Source: an uncultured Planctomycetia bacterium
GTDB lineage: Bacteria; Omnitrophota; Gorgyraeia; VGKH01; JBHPFN01
Length of the DNA stretch: 64,000 nucleotides
Reading direction: 5' to 3'
Assembly (NCBI GenBank): GCA_964406665.1
Contig: CAYOSQ010000004.1
Location: 49,512-113,511, forward strand
In this document: in pieces, positions 15,962 to 24,647 of the stretch
Position numbering within the stretch: position 1 is the first letter of the stretch
Layout: the number at the start of each line of letters is the position of its first letter
Program-made: the position numbers and the translations under genes
Notes under the pieces: model-generated
Told to the model about the DNA's origin: nothing
Seen by the model: only the letters and a program-made list of their open reading frames with translations
Database searches by the model: none

Positions 15962-16093
15962 ATGCCAAGAGGCGTAAGAAACGATGAGCTTTGGGAAGCT
16001 TATAAGAAAACATTTGGCTGTGGTGATAAGGGCTTAACTTTCATCGTTGTTTTTATACTACTGCTTGGATTTATTTTAGTTGTTTTATTATAA
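15962..16093 (+). CDS. Small tail-anchored membrane protein (43 aa; not in track)
   Basis: MPRGVRNDELWEAYKKTFGCGDKGLTFIVVFILLLGFILVVLL; starts 1 nt after the previous stop. Confidence 0.5.
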   Translation: MPRGVRNDELWEAYKKTFGCGDKGLTFIVVFILLLGFILVVLL

Positions 16094-16106
16094 GAAAGGA
16101 GTAATT

Positions 16107-16451
16107 ATGAAGTTATTAGTTGTTTTAATCTGTGTGTTGTTGATTGGACTTGCTGTTGCATTTGCTCAAAATCCTGTTATTGAAACCAGAAAATACTTAA
16201 ATCAAGAAACAGAAAGAATACACGAGAAAGCGAAGGGAATAGCAGAAGAATTAAAAAAGCAGATGGTTCCAATAGTAATAAGCACACAAGAAATTTCAGC
16301 AGGCGAGGTAATACAAGCAGAAATGCTTGAAACAGTAATGATTCATAAAAAGATTGAAGGAAGTTTTACTGCTCCTGAACAGGTTATAGGAAAACGAGCC
16401 ATTGTAGATATTAAAAAAGTTGTGCCCATTGAAGCTAAAAATATAGAATAA
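16107..16451 (+). CDS. Exported SAF-domain protein (FlgA/CpaB-like fold)
   Basis: Start reassigned to ATG 16107 after AAGGAG; signal peptide ending AFA; IVISTQEISAGEVIQAEML...VIGKRAIVDIKK SAF pattern. Confidence 0.7.
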   Translation: MKLLVVLICVLLIGLAVAFAQNPVIETRKYLNQETERIHEKAKGIAEELKKQMVPIVISTQEISAGEVIQAEMLETVMIHKKIEGSFTAPEQVIGKRAIVDIKKVVPIEAKNIE

Positions 16452-16543
16452 ATTTAGGGCGACAGGTGCAAACTTAAAAACCCATCGCCCCTTGTGTAGA
16501 TAGATGCCGCTACCCACACTCCTCTGGTTAGGAACCTGAGAAA

Positions 16544-17275
16544 TTAAAGTTCTTTATCTAACTCTGCTTGCACTTTCTTATCAAACTCCCTAGAAGACTT
16601 ATTAGGTGATGATGATATAACCTTCTTAGGGATTCTAATATCCTCTCTAACTGTTTTATACCTATCTACAACAGGTTGGTTTTGCCTTTCCCTACGAGCC
16701 TTTTCTTCTTTAACAGCTTCTTTCATTGTCATTTCTTTTAAGGCAGCCATATCCCATTTCTTCCGTAGCTGGTCATTGACTCTTTGTCTTCTAGCATGAA
16801 CATCTGGATGGTCACCTTTATGTAGCTTATATCCTGCCATCTTGGAATAAGATTCCATTGTCGGATGCTCATCGTGCTCTGCTTGCAATCTATCTATTTC
16901 TCTTTGATGTTCTATATCAGTTGTATCAGAATATGGTAATCCAGCCGCTGATTCAGCTTCAGCTTGTTCCTCTACTTTTTTTAAAGCAGTCTCAAGCCTA
17001 CCATTTCTACGAAGGTCTTCTCCAAGTTTACGACCAATCTCTCTTGATTGCTTATAACCCTCATAATACTTTATAAGTTTATCAGTTAATTTTTTAGGAG
17101 CAGTGCCTTCTCTAACAGCATTTACAAGACTTGGATTTTCCGCAAACTCTTTATTCAATTCATGTTCAAGCGTTGCTACCTTATCTACTATCTTCCTACT
17201 TTCTTCATTATGATTTTTTGCAAGAAGCAATATTGCTCTGGTATATTTTTGTTCTTTAGTCCAAGTCATTTGCAA
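16544..17275 (-). CDS. Hypothetical highly charged helical protein
   Basis: 243-aa ORF co-directional with the replication module; start uncertain. Confidence 0.65.
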   Translation of the reverse strand: MQMTWTKEQKYTRAILLLAKNHNEESRKIVDKVATLEHELNKEFAENPSLVNAVREGTAPKKLTDKLIKYYEGYKQSREIGRKLGEDLRRNGRLETALKKVEEQAEAESAAGLPYSDTTDIEHQREIDRLQAEHDEHPTMESYSKMAGYKLHKGDHPDVHARRQRVNDQLRKKWDMAALKEMTMKEAVKEEKARRERQNQPVVDRYKTVREDIRIPKKVISSSPNKSSREFDKKVQAELDKEL

Positions 17276-17398
17276 TCACCCCAGACATCTTTCGTAGGTT
17301 CTGTATGATTTACCTTTGACAACATTTCTGCTGCATTGCTTGCCCAGCTTCTGTTATTACTTCGCTTTGGTTTTTGTTTCTTACCTTTACCTTTGCCT

Positions 17399-17821
17399 TT
17401 ACTCATCTTCAATTCTCCTTTCTACTTCTTCATTAAACTTCTCCATGGATTTTGGTGTTTTTATTTTTTTATTGAACCTTATATCATCTTCAGTTTCTTG
17501 TCGCTGGATATTCTTTTTAGCATCATATGCTTCACGAGCATCTCTTTCTTTCTTTTCTTTCTCTACCGTATCCTTCAAGTGCTTCTCTTTAAGATGCTTC
17601 ATATCTTGCTTCTGTTGTTCTTCCCTTTCCGACTGTTGTCTTTTAAAATATTCATCAACATCATCACCCTGCATAGCCTTTAAGACTTCTGCACCATCTT
17701 CCATATCGTGGGTTTCTTTGAACTTATCCAATGCTTCTTTAACATCAACTTGTTTTTCTTCAGGAGTTGATTCAGGTGAGACCTCTTTTCCTTCATCTTC
17801 CATCTTAATTCCCTCCTTCAA
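17399..17821 (-). CDS. Hypothetical highly charged coiled-coil protein
   Basis: E/K-rich; GGAGG RBS suggests start at MEDEGK. Confidence 0.65.
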   Translation of the reverse strand: MKEGIKMEDEGKEVSPESTPEEKQVDVKEALDKFKETHDMEDGAEVLKAMQGDDVDEYFKRQQSEREEQQKQDMKHLKEKHLKDTVEKEKKERDAREAYDAKKNIQRQETEDDIRFNKKIKTPKSMEKFNEEVERRIEDE

Positions 17822-17833
17822 GGTTTTGTTTCA

Positions 17834-18043
17834 TCACGAGAACTTGCTGCCTTTGTGATGATATGAGCATATATTTGTTCCGTCAAAAACTGCTACTCCA
17901 CATTTGCCTGCATATCCTGTCTCAAATTGACACCACTTATACGGTTTCATGTCATTCGTATACTGAATCTGAGCGAACTCATTTAGATCTTCTTGAAGAT
18001 TATCATCAATTCTCCCTTCTGTTCTCGTTGTTGTTGTTTTCAT
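17834..18043 (-). CDS. Small hypothetical protein with C/C/C/H motif
   Basis: AAGGAGG RBS; WCQFE..GKC...ICSYH possible zinc site. Confidence 0.6.
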   Translation of the reverse strand: MKTTTTRTEGRIDDNLQEDLNEFAQIQYTNDMKPYKWCQFETGYAGKCGVAVFDGTNICSYHHKGSKFS

Positions 18044-18148
18044 GCCATTCCTCCTTCCTTTGATGAGTAAACAATCGTTCGATTGTTATGTACTGTCTTT
18101 CCTCGCGTAAAAACCTCTCGAAATAGAGGGGGAGGATTGTTTATCCAT

Positions 18149-18535
18149 TTATTTACTGTAAGTCCTCTTTTCAAGAATGACTCTTTCGACCTTTTCGAGT
18201 CTTTGCTCGATATTCTCGATCTCTCTGCTTTTTAGAACATATTCAATAATGCACTTAGAAGCTGAGAGCCGGACTTCTGCCCTTGGAGCTTTAATCAGCT
18301 CAATCAATTCGTCAACTGCCTGCGAAGCTGCCGACTTAAGCGTATTCAAGGCGCTATTAACAACAACATCGCGCTTAGACCGCAATTCCGCCTTGAATGC
18401 GTCATTCTTCAGCCACTTATGGAGAGTAGCTCTTGAGACGCTTGATCGCCTTGATGCTTCTTCAATCGAAGGAGAGGCAATTATATGAGCAATCGCCAAC
18501 AACTGCCTTCTCTTGATTTTTCTCTCTTTTTCCAT
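18149..18535 (-). CDS. HTH protein resembling a phage terminase small subunit
   Basis: SIEEASRRSSVSRATLHKWLKNDAF HTH, AVDELIEL...EVRLSASKCII helices, C-terminal coiled coil. Confidence 0.6.
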   Translation of the reverse strand: MEKERKIKRRQLLAIAHIIASPSIEEASRRSSVSRATLHKWLKNDAFKAELRSKRDVVVNSALNTLKSAASQAVDELIELIKAPRAEVRLSASKCIIEYVLKSREIENIEQRLEKVERVILEKRTYSK

Positions 18536-18559
18536 GTCATCCTCCTCAAATTGTCGATT

Positions 18560-18871
18560 TTATATCAATTCTGTCTCAATACCGGCAACACTATCAATAA
18601 TCGCCTGCATGTATTTGTCAAAATCCTTATCCTTTTTTCTGATTGTCTTAGTATCAACAGGATCGCCGATATTATATTCTTTCACTTTGCCATCAACCAT
18701 AATGGGCCGTAAGCGCATAAAAACTCGAGGTTCGTAGTCTTTTCCGTATCTCATCCTTAAACGCCTTAAAACGCCTTCTTTGTCCTGATCATCGTAGAAA
18801 CCGAGTTCCGGTGGCGCGTCTTGCAACCTTATCGTGCTTTCAACCTTCTTCAACCGTTTTCCTACAGACAC
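18560..18871 (-). CDS. Hypothetical protein (start reassigned to GTG 18871)
   Basis: AAGGAGGT RBS before GTG; begins VSVGKRLKKVE. Confidence 0.6.
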   Translation of the reverse strand: MSVGKRLKKVESTIRLQDAPPELGFYDDQDKEGVLRRLRMRYGKDYEPRVFMRLRPIMVDGKVKEYNIGDPVDTKTIRKKDKDFDKYMQAIIDSVAGIETELI

Positions 18872-18912
18872 AAAATACCTCCTTTTGTTTAGCCAATAAT
18901 CATGTTGCGGAA

Positions 18913-19059
18913 ATCGTACACTCTTTATATATATGTGTACGATTGTACGATAATGATACAACCAACATCCACAGAGAGAAGCATTCAACGAAATGCTTCT
19001 TCTCTGAGTAGGTTTTGTGAGGAATAGTACTAACTACCTCTTTTGTACGACCGTACGAT
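18913..19059. other. Putative replication origin of the element
   Basis: Five GTACGA(T/C) motifs (one inverted at 18913; direct at 18936, 18944, 19044, 19052) around an AT-rich tract and a central hairpin (18972-19006), just downstream of the helicase gene. Confidence 0.5.
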
Positions 19060-19081
19060 GCCTTCATTTTACGAACAAATA

Positions 19082-20128
19082 TCATGCACCCTCCCCTTTT
19101 GGTACATTGTTCGTCTCATCATACAGTTCTTCTAAACTACCCTTTTTCATCAACAAATGCGTCTTTCCAGTCTTGTTTACTTCAAAAAGCGTACTGTTTC
19201 GTATCAATTCCCTCAAAGTTGTACCACTACAGAGCTTGGTTTCCTTGGCCTTCTTGATCAATTCCGGAACAGCGACCTGATCCTTATCAAACTCCTCAAA
19301 CAACATCATAAGTGTTTCCTCGGTAAACTTCTTCTCGTAGTCTGTAATAAACTCGAACCATAGCGCATCGGTGTCAATCTTAGCGATGAATGGCGCAAAA
19401 CGCGCGCTGTTGCGACTTTTCTGGCAAGATACGGTAACACTACTGCTTGCGCCCTCAAGCGTGATGTGGCAGTCTAACCACGCTTCCCACTTATAGCTAC
19501 CGGCAGCCATCTGACCACCAGACCTATAATCCTTCGTTGATTTCCTCCAATGATGAACCACAAGAATAGCTACACCGAACCGTTCTATTAAAGTATTAAG
19601 ATATGCTGTTAATTTGCTGACCTGCTCTTTCTCATTCTCATTACCGAACCACGCATTGCCTAAAGGATCGATAATCAGCACATCTACTGCTAAATCAGCT
19701 AACCACCCTTCAAGCTGTTGCCTATCGGCTTCTTCTAAGAGATCTGCCGAAGGTAGATACTTAACATAGAGGTTATCTGCCGTAATGTTGTCTTTTGCGC
19801 ACATCTTCTGGAATCTCTCCTTCAAAGCAGACTCTCCCATCTCAAGATCAAGATATAAGACCTTTGCCGGTGCAATATCAAACTTGTCCAGTAACCTGCT
19901 TTGACCGGTAGCCATTGCCAACGCGCAGTTCTGGACAAAGATACTCTTGCCGATATTCGCTTGTGCTGAGATCATTCCCTTGCCTTTCTTCGGCAGTATG
20001 CCTGAAGCATAATACTCAATAGGCGGTATATCTCTGCTCATCAATTCCGGCAGCGTCATAGGTGGAGATTCTTTTTTCTCTTGAACAATCTCTAAATCTT
20101 TCTTGATCATAGTATCTACGCCATTCAT
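19082..20128 (-). CDS. AAA_25 / RepA-like replicative helicase
   Basis: Walker A AQANIGKS, VLYLDLEM, VLIIDPL, ILVVHHWRK. Confidence 0.85.
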   Translation of the reverse strand: MNGVDTMIKKDLEIVQEKKESPPMTLPELMSRDIPPIEYYASGILPKKGKGMISAQANIGKSIFVQNCALAMATGQSRLLDKFDIAPAKVLYLDLEMGESALKERFQKMCAKDNITADNLYVKYLPSADLLEEADRQQLEGWLADLAVDVLIIDPLGNAWFGNENEKEQVSKLTAYLNTLIERFGVAILVVHHWRKSTKDYRSGGQMAAGSYKWEAWLDCHITLEGASSSVTVSCQKSRNSARFAPFIAKIDTDALWFEFITDYEKKFTEETLMMLFEEFDKDQVAVPELIKKAKETKLCSGTTLRELIRNSTLFEVNKTGKTHLLMKKGSLEELYDETNNVPKGEGA

Positions 20129-20129
20129 A

Positions 20130-20684
20130 TCATCCTCCTGCCAGTTGTGCGACTGCGGTCTTGAAATCGCAATCTTTTAATAGTTGCATAAAACTGATGG
20201 CATCCCCATGAACACCGCAGCCAAAGCAATGAAACTTGTTGTTCTCATCTATCATAAACGAAGCAGTTTTCTCTCCATGGAACGGACAGAGCGCATATTG
20301 ACGCTTACCGTTCCGGCGTAGCTTCTCAAAGCTATATATACTTGTAATAGGCGTTTGCTTGGCAATCTCTTTACTGCGCTCAAGATCATATGTCTTTTGC
20401 TTATACTGCTTATTAGATAAGAGCAACTGCAGGCGCTTGAGTCTTTTAAGTTGCTTGCGTGCCTCGTTAAATCTGCAGTCTAAGATGTCTATTACCTCAA
20501 GCCAAAACCACTTGGAGAATGGATCTTTTATCACAGCGATCTTCTTAACAAATGGCTGGATTTCCTCGACATAGCTCTTTTCTTTGACAACTAACCATTC
20601 TTTGATCTTCATAGGAACAATCTCTTTTGCTTCCGGAAAGATCTTGAGTAGCTCAATATCTGTTGGATAATTAGCGTAGTACAT
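20130..20684 (-). CDS. CHC2 zinc-finger (primase zinc-binding domain) protein
   Basis: ALCPFHGEKTASF...FHCFGCGVHGDAISF at the C-terminus; no TOPRIM domain. Confidence 0.88.
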   Translation of the reverse strand: MYYANYPTDIELLKIFPEAKEIVPMKIKEWLVVKEKSYVEEIQPFVKKIAVIKDPFSKWFWLEVIDILDCRFNEARKQLKRLKRLQLLLSNKQYKQKTYDLERSKEIAKQTPITSIYSFEKLRRNGKRQYALCPFHGEKTASFMIDENNKFHCFGCGVHGDAISFMQLLKDCDFKTAVAQLAGG

Positions 20685-20697
20685 TGAATCAACTCCT

Positions 20698-20717
20698 TTG
20701 GCAGTAAAATGGCAGTA
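20698..20717. repeat. Putative integrase arm-type sites (right)
   Basis: ttggcagta-aaa-tggcagta, same motif as 11598-11618. Confidence 0.6.
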
Positions 20718-20845
20718 AAGTATACCAGAACCTGCTCTTTTTAGCTTTTTCTACTGCAAGGAATTTTAACTACTTTGAAGAATCTATAGACGAGAGATAC
20801 AAACTGCGGTATAATTGTGAAGCGTGTTGAAAGCATGGAGTTATT

Positions 20846-20860
20846 CTCCCACCTTCGGCA
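20846..20860. repeat. Distal att core (duplicated tRNA-Leu 3' end)
   Basis: ctcccaccttcggca, identical to 11536-11550. Confidence 0.9.
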
Positions 20861-20884
20861 TATTTATCCTATCTGTTTCTTCGA

Positions 20885-20913
20885 TTGACAAACATCTATT
20901 ATTCCCATATAAT
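20885..20913 (+). promoter_or_regulatory. Consensus sigma70 promoter for rpmA
   Basis: TTGACA-N17-TATAAT. Confidence 0.8.
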
Positions 20914-21019
20914 TAGTGCCTATGTTAAATATGCCCCCGCTTAGTTTTGCTTCTTAAAACGTAACAGCGTGGGTTAATTCGCCGGTACTAAATAACGGAC
21001 ACATTAAAGGAGGAAAATA

Positions 21020-21277
21020 ATGGCAAGACGCGGTGGAATGACTGATATTCATTACAAAGAAACAAAAGGTCTTAAAAAAAGCGGCGGTCAGCTAGTAAAA
21101 GCTGGAACAATACTTACCCGACAAGGTGAAAGATGGAAAGCAGGAATAAATGTCCGAGGAAAATCTACCTTATGTGCAGTCTGTGATGGTGAAGTATATT
21201 TTACTAAAAGACGCGGTACCTATAAGACCAAAAAAAGCTCAACTGTTATAAACGTAAAAGAAATAAAACTTACCTAG
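21020..21277 (+). CDS. rpmA: 50S ribosomal protein bL27 (divergent N-terminus)
   Basis: GLKKSGGQLVKAGTILTRQG..WKAGINV....TLCAVCDGEVYF core. Confidence 0.88.
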   Translation: MARRGGMTDIHYKETKGLKKSGGQLVKAGTILTRQGERWKAGINVRGKSTLCAVCDGEVYFTKRRGTYKTKKSSTVINVKEIKLT

Positions 21278-21286
21278 AAGTAATTT

Positions 21287-22606
21287 TTACCTTTCAGTTT
21301 CAATATTAATATAATCCTTAAATATCCTGCGGCCGGTTACTGCCTCTCTGACATAGGCCATTCTTTCAGAAACAAAAGGATGGGTTCTCCAGTAACTAAA
21401 CTGAGTAATCTTGCTGTGTTTCATTAATTTTTCTAATAAAGTAACAACACCTTCGGGATTGTAGCCGGCACGCTTACAATAAGTAACTGCAAGTTGATCT
21501 GCCAAGAACTCATCTTCTTTTGAATGCTCAAGGAATACACTGGTTATCGCAGCATTGACACCTCTGACAAAGTCAGGATTACCTGTGGAAATCATCATTA
21601 AATTCAAAAGACTATAACCTAACGCTGCCTGCAATTTCTTAATGCTATGACGGGCAACGATATGTCCAACTTCGTGGGCAATTACACCAGCAAGCTCATC
21701 ATCGTTTTCGATTACGTCAATTAACCCTTTAAATATATAAACGTATCCACCGGGTAAACTCACGGCGTTTATCTCTTCAGAATCTGATACTTTAAAATAA
21801 TAATCTATTGCCTGCCTATCACAAACAGAAACAATTTTCTGCCCGATATCTCTTACTTTATTCTGCAGCTCTACATCTTCCAATATTCCAAATTCTTCTT
21901 CAAATGCCTTAGAGACCGAACGGCCTAAACGCACTTCCCTGTCAGAACTATAAAAAAAGACGTCTTCTTTTCCTGTTGCTACGTTATACTCTGTTGCACA
22001 GCCGGAAACCATGCAAACGAAAAATAACATCAGTATACCAACACCAATCTTTTTTAACATTTTATAGAGCTTGGCCAACGGAACTCCTACAACGTTATAA
22101 AAACATCCCTCAATCCTTCGAATAAAAAGGCTGCCATAATTTTGAATATCGAAACTGCCGGCTTTATCTAGCGGAGATACTAGAGAAAAATACTTATTTA
22201 TCTCTTTATCAGTCAAAGAGTCCATATAAACCTTTGTTTTTTCATAATCAGTCAAAGTTCTCTTTTTGTCTAAGTCGATAACCGCGATTCCAGTATATAC
22301 CCATTGAGGTTTTTGGAAGAGATATTTCAAATCCTTCTTAGCATCTTTGATGTTTTTGGGCTTACCGATTATTTTATTTTTGCCAATCAAAACTACAGTA
22401 TCAAAACCGATTACGACACCTTTCTTAAATCTTTTTGCAGCTTCCTGAGCTTTTAAAAAAGCATTATCTTTAACTAATCCAGAAACAGAAGAAGTAATTT
22501 CACGTTTCTCTTTAACTTTACTTTTATAAACCTTAAACTTAAGACCGACTTCCCGTAATAATTTTACTCTCTGAGGAGATCTTGATGCAAGAATAATATT
22601 TATCAT
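21287..22606 (-). CDS. Fusion of Maf nucleotide pyrophosphatase and M48 metallopeptidase
   Basis: IILASRSPQR, DTVV, DKAGSF, GCFYNVVGVP (Maf); then a hydrophobic stretch ending VSGC; INAVSLPGG, HEVGH, EFLAD, THP (M48). Confidence 0.88.
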   Translation of the reverse strand: MINIILASRSPQRVKLLREVGLKFKVYKSKVKEKREITSSVSGLVKDNAFLKAQEAAKRFKKGVVIGFDTVVLIGKNKIIGKPKNIKDAKKDLKYLFQKPQWVYTGIAVIDLDKKRTLTDYEKTKVYMDSLTDKEINKYFSLVSPLDKAGSFDIQNYGSLFIRRIEGCFYNVVGVPLAKLYKMLKKIGVGILMLFFVCMVSGCATEYNVATGKEDVFFYSSDREVRLGRSVSKAFEEEFGILEDVELQNKVRDIGQKIVSVCDRQAIDYYFKVSDSEEINAVSLPGGYVYIFKGLIDVIENDDELAGVIAHEVGHIVARHSIKKLQAALGYSLLNLMMISTGNPDFVRGVNAAITSVFLEHSKEDEFLADQLAVTYCKRAGYNPEGVVTLLEKLMKHSKITQFSYWRTHPFVSERMAYVREAVTGRRIFKDYINIETER

Positions 22607-23868
22607 CTATCAATACTCCCCTCTAAAGACTTAGCTGCAGACTCCCCGGCCAGAAAGCCGGTTGAAAATGCTGCCTGCATATTGTAGCCTCCAGTATTGG
22701 CATCAACATCAATAACCTCTCCACAAAAATATAGACCTTCAATTAATTTTGATTCCATTGTCCGGGGATTAATCTCTTTAGTAGAAACCCCACCCTTTGT
22801 GACTATTGCTTCTTCTATAGGTCGAGATTTTGTTATGGTTAGAGGTAAGGCCTTTAATAAGCTAGAAATCTTTTTGCGCTCTTTTGCTGTTATTTGACTT
22901 ACCTGCTTTCTCCTGTCAATTCCAGAAAGCTTAACAAAAACATCTACTAGCTTTCCTGGTAGCAATTCTTTTAAAACATTTTTATACGACTTAACTCCTA
23001 ATGCCTTGAAATCTCTAATAAGCCTACTATTTAACTTTTCAGCGGTTAATGCTGGTTTTAAATCTATGGTTAATTTTACTGGACTTTTACAATTACTAAG
23101 CAACTCCGCAACCTTCCCACTTAAAGTTAAAACCAGTGGTCCAGATAAACCAAAATGTGTAAAAAGCATCTCACCGATTTCTGAAACAATGGGTTTTTTC
23201 TCGGTCAAAAGCTTTATTTGCACATTTTTTAAACTTAATCCTGAAATATCTTTTACCCAACGCTCCTGTGTTTCTAAAGGAACTAATCCCGGTTGCAAAG
23301 GTATTATTTTATGACCTAAGCTCTCAGCTATTTTATAACCATCTCCGGTAGAACCTGTGTCAGGATAACTTAAACCCCCACAAGCCAAGATAGCTTTCTT
23401 GGCAGAAAAACTTTTTCCGTCCTCTAAAACAATTCTAAAAGAACCTTGTTTTTTTTCGATTACACTAACCCGAGAATTACATAGAATCTTAACTCCTTCT
23501 AGTCGAACCTCAAACTTTAAGGAGTTAAGTATGCTTGATGATCTATCGCTTTCAGGAAAAACGCGATTACCTCTTTCTGTTTTCAGTTTAACACCTTTAT
23601 TTTCAAAGAATGCAATTAAATCTTTATTTGATAGAGCACTAAATGCGCTTCTTAAAAACTCTCTAGTTTTGCCAAAATTTTCCAGGAAACCATCTGTATC
23701 TACGGCATTTGTTAAATTACATCTGCCCTTTCCGCTTATAAGTAGTTTTTTTCCAGGAGAATTTTTCTTCTCAAGGATAATAACTTTTTTAACTATTTGT
23801 GCAGCTCTTATAGCTGCCAAAAGGCCTGCGGGACCTCCTCCGACTATAATAATATCATATTTTTCCAT
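22603..23868 (-). CDS. HI0933/YhiN-family flavoprotein oxidoreductase
   Basis: GGGPAG, KKLLISGKGRCNLTN, GGLSYPDTGSTGDG, FTHFGLSGP, TGGYNMQAAFSTG. Confidence 0.92.
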   Translation of the reverse strand: MEKYDIIIVGGGPAGLLAAIRAAQIVKKVIILEKKNSPGKKLLISGKGRCNLTNAVDTDGFLENFGKTREFLRSAFSALSNKDLIAFFENKGVKLKTERGNRVFPESDRSSSILNSLKFEVRLEGVKILCNSRVSVIEKKQGSFRIVLEDGKSFSAKKAILACGGLSYPDTGSTGDGYKIAESLGHKIIPLQPGLVPLETQERWVKDISGLSLKNVQIKLLTEKKPIVSEIGEMLFTHFGLSGPLVLTLSGKVAELLSNCKSPVKLTIDLKPALTAEKLNSRLIRDFKALGVKSYKNVLKELLPGKLVDVFVKLSGIDRRKQVSQITAKERKKISSLLKALPLTITKSRPIEEAIVTKGGVSTKEINPRTMESKLIEGLYFCGEVIDVDANTGGYNMQAAFSTGFLAGESAAKSLEGSIDR

Positions 23869-23893
23869 AAGAATAAATTTGAATGCCGAATGG

Positions 23894-24535
23894 CTAAATC
23901 AGGAAATCTGAAGCTTTGAAAATTGAAACAAGTGGACAACGCAGTTTTGTTAAGCGTTCTTCTGCTCCTTCTTGACGATCAACTAAAGCAATAGCCTTTT
24001 TAACTTTTATCCCTTTTCTTCGCAATACTTTTAAAGCATCGACTATTGAACCACCAGAAGTTGCAACATCATCAACGACTATAACTTTTGAGCCTTTTTT
24101 TAGAATTGGACCTTCAATTTGTTTCTTTCTACCGTGCTTTTTAGAAGCTTTTCGGATCAAAAAAGTATTCATTGGTTTTTTCTCTAAAAAGCTCAATGCA
24201 GCAATTGCACCTATTATCGGGTCTGCCCCAATAGTGGGTCCCCCGATTGCTTGAATCTTATCTTTTTTAATATTATCCAATATCAACTTGGCAGAAAGAT
24301 AGGCACCTTCTCCAGATAAAGTAATAAGGCGTCCGTCGATATAATAGCTACTCTCTTTACCTGAAGAAAGAATTATCTTTTTCTTAAAAAAAGCATTTTT
24401 CTTAAGCAAATAAAGCAGCCTGCTCTTATTTTTATCTGATTTATTTCGTCTCATTAGAGTAAAATTGTACTCTCTATTGGCTATTCTGTCAATTACTTTG
24501 ACACGTTCGGTCATTATATTGAATATCAAGGACAA
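23894..24535 (-). CDS. pyrE: Orotate phosphoribosyltransferase (true start probably downstream, near MRRNK)
   Basis: LSSGKESSYYID, GGPTIGADP, RKASKKHG, VVDDVATSGGS. Confidence 0.92.
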   Translation of the reverse strand: MSLIFNIMTERVKVIDRIANREYNFTLMRRNKSDKNKSRLLYLLKKNAFFKKKIILSSGKESSYYIDGRLITLSGEGAYLSAKLILDNIKKDKIQAIGGPTIGADPIIGAIAALSFLEKKPMNTFLIRKASKKHGRKKQIEGPILKKGSKVIVVDDVATSGGSIVDALKVLRRKGIKVKKAIALVDRQEGAEERLTKLRCPLVSIFKASDFLI

Positions 24536-24647
24536 TCAGTGTCAACCCTTAAGAAAAAAAATCTAGATAATCTCGTCGACACTTCGAGATTACCATTGCT
24601 CTATGAAGGGTTTGACAATTCACTACTAAAATGATAATATAACCTCA

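Larger units (their letters stand above)
11536..20860. mobile_element. ~9.3-kb integrative, phage-satellite-like element inserted in tRNA-Leu
   Basis: 15-bp direct repeat ctcccaccttcggca at 11536-11550 and 20846-20860; carries integrase, Xis, resolvase, divergent HTH pair, TerS-like, AAA helicase and CHC2 zinc-finger genes; no recognisable virion genes. Confidence 0.9.

Noticed and set aside
17316-17858. Hydrophobic plus-strand ORFs of 180 and 115 aa
   Set aside because: Antisense shadows of the E/K-rich minus-strand gene; the F/S/L bias follows from its codons.
18872-19085. N-terminal extension of ORF 18560-18988 and ORF 18900-19085
   Set aside because: A strong RBS supports the GTG at 18871, and the upstream region is better explained as a repeat-rich origin.
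11536-20860. Complete prophage or conjugative element
   Set aside because: No recognisable capsid, portal, large terminase, tail, lysis, relaxase or T4SS genes in 9.3 kb.
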